Positions 61,801 through 64,000 of a stretch of 64,000 bases of DNA are shown here, in pieces. The notes beneath the pieces were generated by a model. The model made no database searches, was not told the DNA's origin, and saw nothing but the letters and a program-made list of their open reading frames with translations. The stretch spans positions 4,279,992 to 4,343,991 of the forward strand of contig MU053561.1 in assembly GCA_013239625.1 (NCBI GenBank), written 5' to 3'. The DNA comes from Lama guanicoe (Eukaryota). The number at the start of each line of letters is the position of its first letter. Positions within the stretch are counted from its first letter, which is position 1. The position numbers and the translations under genes were made by a program.

Positions 61801-63494
61801 CACACTTCATCATTTCTGCAACTACCCAAAGCTTCTCTATACCTTAAAGTCTACCTTTGAAAGCTATCTCTTCTACAAAGCCTTTTCCAACTCTGCAGTC
61901 CACCCTGATACCTTTGGCTTTCTCTTTTTAACAGCATTATCACATTTCCATCAATAAGAAATCTATGAGCACTTATCTCAAATATATAAATATGTATATA
62001 ACACAAATACATATTTATGTTTTGTAAATTTATATAAAACATAAATATGTGTATTATGGTATTATTTGTTATAAAACATGTATAAAGCATAAAAATAAAT
62101 AGAAATAAAAGTTCTAATATTTCTTTCTCTTATCCTAAACAAAATTCTTGCTCACTCCCTAAATTTTGGAAATACTGCTCTAATGATTTTGTGTCCAAAC
62201 TTTGTCCTACAATAGAGATTTCTCAAGGACATGATATTTCACTTCTTGTATGTTTTCACAGCACCTAAGATAATGCTAAGAAACACACACAGAACTATTC
62301 CACAATTCTAGAATTCCTTATCCAAACTTCTCATTATATATTGCTCTACTAAGAGAAATATCACATTATGCATTTTATTTTTTTAATATGACAATAACAG
62401 CTATTAATATTCAATGTCAGATTTATTGTTACAAATAAATATCCATTAAAGATATTTTAAGGACTGAAATTATTATTTAGTCTACAACATTCAATTGACC
62501 AATTCTAAAGAACATAGATACATGCAGTGATTTAAAATAGTATGTTTTGCTCTAAAAGAAGACTTAAAAATTGGATGAAAAGTCCATTTACCATCACTCT
62601 AATATAAAATAATACTAAAAAATTATTTACAATTGGTTAAAACAGTTTTGGGTGTTCAAAAGTTAGTCTAGTCTATAGTGGAAAATTAAGCATTGCAAAA
62701 GGAAAACAGTGTTTCAAAGTTCAACCAATTATCCAAATAAAGCACTATTACTGATAATTATTTTAATCAGATAAGTATTCAAAGCTAATAATAAAGATTA
62801 CAGAAAATTATAGAGATTTTTAGAAAAACACCTACCTATCTATGAATTATTTTAATTGATACAAATAATTATTTTCACCAAAATTGGAAAAAATGTTTTT
62901 ATAGCTTTATAAATCTCCACATTTGTTGATATGAAGCTTTGTAAATATGAAGCATAGAATTATTAGAATTAGCTAACTAAATGGTCATAAACTCATAAGT
63001 CAATTGAACTTCTCTATTAGCCATGAAAGTTGAATATTAACAACACCATATGATAAAATAGGATCACATTTTCTTATAATAATTCATAGTCCAACATGAC
63101 TAATCAATGAAATTTCAAAATTCAATTAAAATATAGCAGACCTTTCCCACTAAGAATTATTAAGGCCTCTAAATTCTAAAATAAGAAAAAAAGGCTACAA
63201 AAACATCTCTTGGCTCCTTATACTTCTGGACACCTATGAACTGCGTTATGAAACTGGACAGTGTTTCTTAAGATTTAAATTTTCTATCTTCAAAAAATCA
63301 AATAAAAAGTTATCAAATAATCACTATTGGTAAACAACAGAGGAGAAAATATATTTTGTTCTGAAATAATGTTTATGGTTATATAATCAATATTGTCATA
63401 TATACATGTTATTCTCTAAATCTTACCCAGTTCACTTGACTTCTTCTGAAGTTCCATGGTAAGTACTTTCAACTGATCTTCACTTTTTCCCAAT
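71..63494 (-). CDS. SYCP1: SYCP1 synaptonemal complex protein 1, partial spliced CDS (last 19 coding exons, 601 aa, about human residues 398-976); 5' exons outside the window
   Basis: 19 exons with AG acceptors and GT donors (one GC) join in frame into a coiled-coil plus basic tail ending [10 protein letters not shown], matching recalled human/mouse SYCP1. Confidence 0.97.
307..396 (-). CDS. SYCP1: SYCP1 penultimate coding exon, 90 nt: [30 protein letters not shown]
   Basis: ttctttaag acceptor, gtagct donor; lies inside supplied ORF 226..576. Confidence 0.95.
835..1078 (-). mobile_element. MIR SINE, near full length
   Basis: MIR core in reverse: ccccattttaaaggtgaagaactgagac...aagtaacttgcccaag...ggattcaaatccagg. 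Confidence 0.85.
1424..5520 (-). mobile_element. Old L1 (L1M-type) remnants: ORF2 3' piece about 1424-1860, ORF2 5'/ORF1/5' region about 1860-5520
   Basis: ORF 1822..2022 ([16 protein letters not shown]) resembles L1 ORF2; ORFs 4112..4309 and 4603..4800 resemble ORF1; many stops. Confidence 0.85.
3250..3284 (+). repeat. (CA)n microsatellite, imperfect
   Basis: read directly. Confidence 0.9.
5935..6175 (+). mobile_element. MIR SINE
   Basis: gatcctgggcaagg...cctcatctgtaaaatgagag...acagtgcctg. Confidence 0.75.
7056..7199 (-). CDS. SYCP1: SYCP1 exon, 144 nt: [48 protein letters not shown] (contains basic KKRK NLS-like motif)
   Basis: ttttttgatag acceptor, gtaaaa donor; overlaps supplied ORF 6870..7190. 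Confidence 0.96.
9391..9480 (+). mobile_element. Short polyadenylated LTR-like fragment inserted in L1 ORF1, with target-site duplication (TSD)
   Basis: TSD aaaagacaaag at 9380-9390 and 9478-9488; poly(A) tail; host L1 reads through when the insert is removed. Confidence 0.7.
10597..10852 (+). mobile_element. Young lineage-specific L1 3'UTR fragment (5'-truncated)
   Basis: Highly similar to 18680-18915 and 48240-48470; TSD aaaa(g/a)ctgagaaa at 10584-10596 and 10853-10865. Confidence 0.9.
11185..11455 (+). mobile_element. L1MC/MD-type 3' end
   Basis: aatgtggtacctcgggttggatcctggaa...aattctctgtactacctttgtaacttttc, A-rich end. Confidence 0.7.
11460..13040 (+). mobile_element. Old L1 ORF2 3' end/3'UTR interrupted by a MER21 LTR
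   Basis: gaatggctaaaatcaaaa... resumes at gtatctgttaa...acccagcaattttactcctagg. Confidence 0.7.
11607..12497 (+). mobile_element. MER21-family solo LTR (ERVL class)
   Basis: TG...CA termini; 5-bp TSD ggtag/ggcag; start tgtgatacaatacgaaata and internal caatcatgccaagtaatgaaacctccataaaaacccc resemble the MER21 consensus. Confidence 0.85.
14101..14280 (-). CDS. SYCP1: SYCP1 exon, 180 nt: [60 protein letters not shown]
   Basis: ttaatatag acceptor, gtttgt donor; start of the unstructured C-terminal tail. Confidence 0.95.
15049..15104 (+). repeat. (CA)n microsatellite
   Basis: read directly. Confidence 0.95.
16538..18929 (+). mobile_element. Young camelid-type L1, 5'-truncated (RT domain to 3'UTR), frameshifted
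   Basis: ORFs 16571..16891 ([18 protein letters not shown]) and 16866..17519 (YADD motif), cysteine-rich C-terminus, 3'UTR shared with 10597 and 48012 copies. Confidence 0.95.
19035..19072 (+). repeat. (TG)n microsatellite
   Basis: read directly. Confidence 0.95.
19690..19856 (-). mobile_element. tRNA-Ala-derived SINE (camelid Vic-1 type)
   Basis: Reverse complement gives tagctcaagtggtagagtgcatgcttagcatgcatgaggtcctgggttcagtccccagtacctcca, then an A-rich tail with aaacctaatt. Confidence 0.85.
20205..20365 (-). mobile_element. MIR SINE
   Basis: tttatagatgagaaaactgaagc core. Confidence 0.75.
21921..21980 (-). CDS. SYCP1: SYCP1 exon, 60 nt: [20 protein letters not shown]
   Basis: tttaatag acceptor, gtaaga donor. 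Confidence 0.93.
22600..23880 (+). mobile_element. Degraded ERVL internal fragment (protease/RT junction clearest at about 23180-23700)
   Basis: ttggacattgacaatgagctaacac (LDTG-SELT-like), aaacccattctgtggttatttc, aatccccatattgattc and ggaaaaaccaaatggaaaac follow recalled ERVL order. Confidence 0.65.
24225..25150 (+). mobile_element. L1MB-type 3' end
   Basis: ORF2 C-terminal motifs and 3'UTR agagtttccgttttgcaagat. Confidence 0.8.
26490..28660 (+). mobile_element. Cluster of L1 fragments (ORF2 pieces, 3' end, endonuclease region)
   Basis: aaaattcaacacc-tttcatgataaaaac; tcctgggccataaaacaaacctcaacaaatttaaaag. Confidence 0.75.
28046..28402 (+). mobile_element. MLT1A-type MaLR solo LTR
   Basis: ctatggactggatgtttgt...ctcagacttgcagcctctagagctgtaagaaataa...gttacagcagccc..aataca; TSD aaaat/gaaat. 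Confidence 0.9.
28660..30020 (+). mobile_element. L1MA-type element: 5'UTR-like piece joined to ORF2 3' end and 3'UTR
   Basis: Non-ORF2 segment 28660-28930, then aaatatttgcaaaccatatatctgataagggg...; ends with aataaaactgaaaaaa. Confidence 0.7.
29452..29486 (+). repeat. (TG)n microsatellite
   Basis: read directly. Confidence 0.95.
30120..30300 (-). mobile_element. L2 3' fragment
   Basis: tcatttctttgacaaacatttatt...ataaataagacataatcctagcccttgaggagctt. Confidence 0.7.
30435..30640 (+). mobile_element. MIR SINE
   Basis: agagtgattaagg...tttgaactctagg...gttgtaagaattaaattag. Confidence 0.65.
31040..31114 (-). CDS. SYCP1: SYCP1 exon, 75 nt: [25 protein letters not shown]
   Basis: ttttctttag acceptor, gtaggt donor. 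Confidence 0.94.
31628..31720 (-). CDS. SYCP1: SYCP1 exon, 93 nt: [31 protein letters not shown]
   Basis: aatatag acceptor, gtgaga donor. Confidence 0.97.
32474..32584 (-). CDS. SYCP1: SYCP1 exon, 111 nt: [37 protein letters not shown] (alphaC-end)
   Basis: ttaatag acceptor, gtaatt donor; near-identical to the conserved SYCP1 alphaC-end. Confidence 0.97.
33017..33133 (-). CDS. SYCP1: SYCP1 exon, 117 nt: [39 protein letters not shown]
   Basis: taatcaaag acceptor, gtagga donor. Confidence 0.95.
33680..37035 (+). mobile_element. Old L1 ORF2 with a nested L1MA element (about 34950-36915)
   Basis: Host ...aaaactgaagaaata resumes at gaagaaataggacaac (36923); ORF 35104..35295 resembles ORF2. Confidence 0.8.
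37771..37921 (+). mobile_element. MER45A-like hAT-Tip100 MITE
   Basis: cagagcccagtttcatagg...cattttgcactgagccttgcgaattatgtggctagtcctg matches recalled consensus ends. Confidence 0.8.
39442..39882 (+). mobile_element. LTR-like U3/R fragment ending in AATAAA and a (CAAAA)n tail, inserted in an L1
   Basis: TATA-like catataaaaa, AATAAA at 39839-39844, A-rich tail, TSD-like aagaataag/aaaaataag. Confidence 0.7.
41847..41909 (-). CDS. SYCP1: SYCP1 exon, 63 nt: [21 protein letters not shown]
   Basis: ttttaacag acceptor, gtattt donor. Confidence 0.95.
42080..42142 (-). CDS. SYCP1: SYCP1 exon, 63 nt: [21 protein letters not shown]
   Basis: ttttttag acceptor, gtatgc donor. Confidence 0.95.
43250..43990 (+). 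mobile_element. Ancient L1 5' region/ORF1 start
   Basis: aggcttcagatattgaaattaccag...aattgaaatttaaaactcaat. Confidence 0.6.
45098..45160 (-). CDS. SYCP1: SYCP1 exon, 63 nt: [21 protein letters not shown] (rodent-type segment, absent from the recalled 976-aa human protein)
   Basis: tatttttag acceptor, AAG|gtatta donor; phase 0-0; resembles mouse [21 protein letters not shown]. Confidence 0.88.
46040..47190 (+). mobile_element. MIR plus L2 fragments, a possible MLT-type LTR piece (46770-47020) and (TG)n at 46562-46592
   Basis: L2 3' terminus agaacagtgcctggcatatagtaag...tttgttgaatgaatgaa at 47135-47188. Confidence 0.65.
47685..47766 (-). CDS. SYCP1: SYCP1 exon, 82 nt: [27 protein letters not shown]
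   Basis: cctttaaag acceptor, gtatgt donor. Confidence 0.95.
48012..48483 (+). mobile_element. Young camelid-type L1 3' fragment with a perfect 16-bp TSD
   Basis: TSD aaaaaactcctagata at 47996-48011 and 48484-48499; same family as 16538-18929. Confidence 0.93.
49500..50600 (+). mobile_element. Highly degraded L1ME-type fragments
   Basis: Recognisable ORF2 and 3' motifs (tatgactcagtaaattctac). Confidence 0.55.
50892..50962 (-). CDS. SYCP1: SYCP1 exon, 71 nt: [23 protein letters not shown](R); GC donor
   Basis: ttctttag acceptor; donor AAG|gcaaga required by phase and protein homology. Confidence 0.9.
51779..51896 (-). CDS. SYCP1: SYCP1 exon, 118 nt: [39 protein letters not shown]
   Basis: aaatag acceptor, gtgagt donor. 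Confidence 0.95.
53262..53365 (-). CDS. SYCP1: SYCP1 exon, 104 nt: [34 protein letters not shown](K)
   Basis: tttccag acceptor, gtatgt donor. Confidence 0.95.
54083..54187 (-). CDS. SYCP1: SYCP1 exon, 105 nt: [35 protein letters not shown]
   Basis: cttatag acceptor, gtttgt donor; 35 open codons. Confidence 0.93.
54560..54860 (-). mobile_element. L3/CR1 LINE fragment
   Basis: ttttaaatgaggtgtcaagaattgaattcaatgttctaga resembles antisense CR1 RT (LEYCVQFWAPH-like). Confidence 0.5.
54890..55470 (+). mobile_element. L1 ORF2 internal fragment lacking a 3'UTR
   Basis: ORFs 54863..55297 and 55312..55497 ([15 protein letters not shown]). Confidence 0.85.
55620..56340. mobile_element. L2 and MIR fragments
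   Basis: MIR core ccccatttcatagatggaaaa; L2 ends aattcagttgacaaatatttat and tatttactgaccacctactgtgtgcc. Confidence 0.65.
56552..56771 (+). mobile_element. MER58-family hAT-Charlie MITE
   Basis: Terminal inverted repeats caagggttagcaaac / gtttgccaacccatg. Confidence 0.85.
57231..57292 (-). CDS. SYCP1: SYCP1 exon, 62 nt: (E)[20 protein letters not shown]
   Basis: ttttttag acceptor, gtaagt donor; phase fits neighbouring exons. Confidence 0.95.
57640..58250 (+). mobile_element. L2 internal fragment
   Basis: ttctcagtcctcatc...gcatttgacactactagccactc (L2 RT-like). Confidence 0.6.
58275..58377 (-). mobile_element. tRNA-Ala-derived SINE (Vic-1 type) with TSD
   Basis: Reverse complement gtatagctcagtggtagagcatgtgcttggcatgcttggggtcctgagttcaatccc; TSD tttcttacatt on both sides. 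Confidence 0.85.
58695..59730 (+). mobile_element. Ancient L1/HAL1-like 5' region containing (TA)n at 58778-58819 and a GA-rich repeat at 59560-59640
   Basis: ggttcaagatagtggactgagc start; ORF1-like A-rich remnants. Confidence 0.5.
59770..60410 (+). mobile_element. L2 3' region
   Basis: agatcatgtcattcctctacttaaagtctttcaatgg... Confidence 0.75.
61418..61582 (+). mobile_element. tRNA-Ala-derived SINE (Vic-1 type)
   Basis: tagctcaatggtagagtgggtgcttagtatgcacaaagtcatgggttcaatccccagtctctcca, then tail aaataaacctaattcccttccc as in the 19690 copy. Confidence 0.85.
63427..63494 (-). CDS. SYCP1: SYCP1 exon, 68 nt: (R)[22 protein letters not shown](E)
   Basis: ttttgcaag acceptor, gtaaga donor; human [22 protein letters not shown]. 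Confidence 0.95.
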
Positions 63495-63789
63495 CTTGCA
63501 AAATAATTATATTAGTTCACAATGTAAAATATTCTTTTACTGAGAATTTAATCTAGTAACTAAAACTGATGCAATTTAGCAACAATATATCTTAGCACAG
63601 ACTCACTCATTCAATTATTACACATTTTTTACTACCTACTTTGTGCCAGATAGTGTAACATTTGAAAACAAGATATTACTATTATACATACATAGTTGTG
63701 TATCAATTGCATCTACATAAAACTTTAAAGCTTATTGTCATGATTTATCTCTTAGCTATTGATGATAATCAAATTAATGTTTCCTACAA

Positions 63790-63950
63790 CTTTGAAAGAG
63801 ACTGAGTATATAACTACTATTATACTGAATTCTGCCTTAGGAATAATCTAAATATGAGAACTGTGCAATTCTCTTAACTACGCTGGCTTTCCATTTCCTC
63901 ACCTATAAAACTGAGATAATTGGAATAGATGACATTTAAGGTCACTTAGA
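63790..63950 (+). mobile_element. MIR fragment
   Basis: tttcctcacctataaaactgagataattggaatagatgac. Confidence 0.6.
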
Positions 63951-64000
63951 AATTTTAAATTTGAAAATCACCTGGAAAGTCTAATCAAAAATATATAAGA

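Noticed and set aside
71..63494. SYCP1 as a pseudogene
   Set aside because: All 19 exons are open, phase-compatible and have usable splice sites
1..64000. A previously undescribed multi-gene system
   Set aside because: The window is explained by one known gene plus common mammalian repeats; I saw no nested gene, RNA gene or CpG island

Overview
AT-rich, CpG-poor mammalian genomic DNA, very probably from a camelid: it carries three tRNA-Ala-derived SINEs of the Vic-1 type and a young lineage-specific L1 3' end. The window holds the 3' part of SYCP1 (synaptonemal complex protein 1, the meiotic transverse filament) on the minus strand. I assembled 19 coding exons by hand, from 63494 down to the TAA stop at 71-73. 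They total 1807 nt (1 nt completing a split codon, 601 residues and the stop), with every splice phase compatible and no internal stops. The 5' exons lie beyond the right edge. The introns are mostly nested L1, L2, MIR and L3 LINE/SINE remnants, LTR elements (MER21, MLT1A, ERVL internal) and hAT MITEs (MER45A, MER58). Almost all supplied ORFs are L1 debris or noise. I found no evidence of a new multi-gene system. The best leads are: a 63-nt exon missing from the human reference protein as I recall it, within a run of three 3-heptad exons; a GC-AG intron; substitutions in conserved SYCP1 motifs (Q704H-equivalent, MREDRW to MQEDCW); and two polyadenylated LTR-like fragments apparently retroposed by L1. 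Comparisons to human/mouse SYCP1 and to repeat consensi are from memory. Repeat boundaries are approximate.
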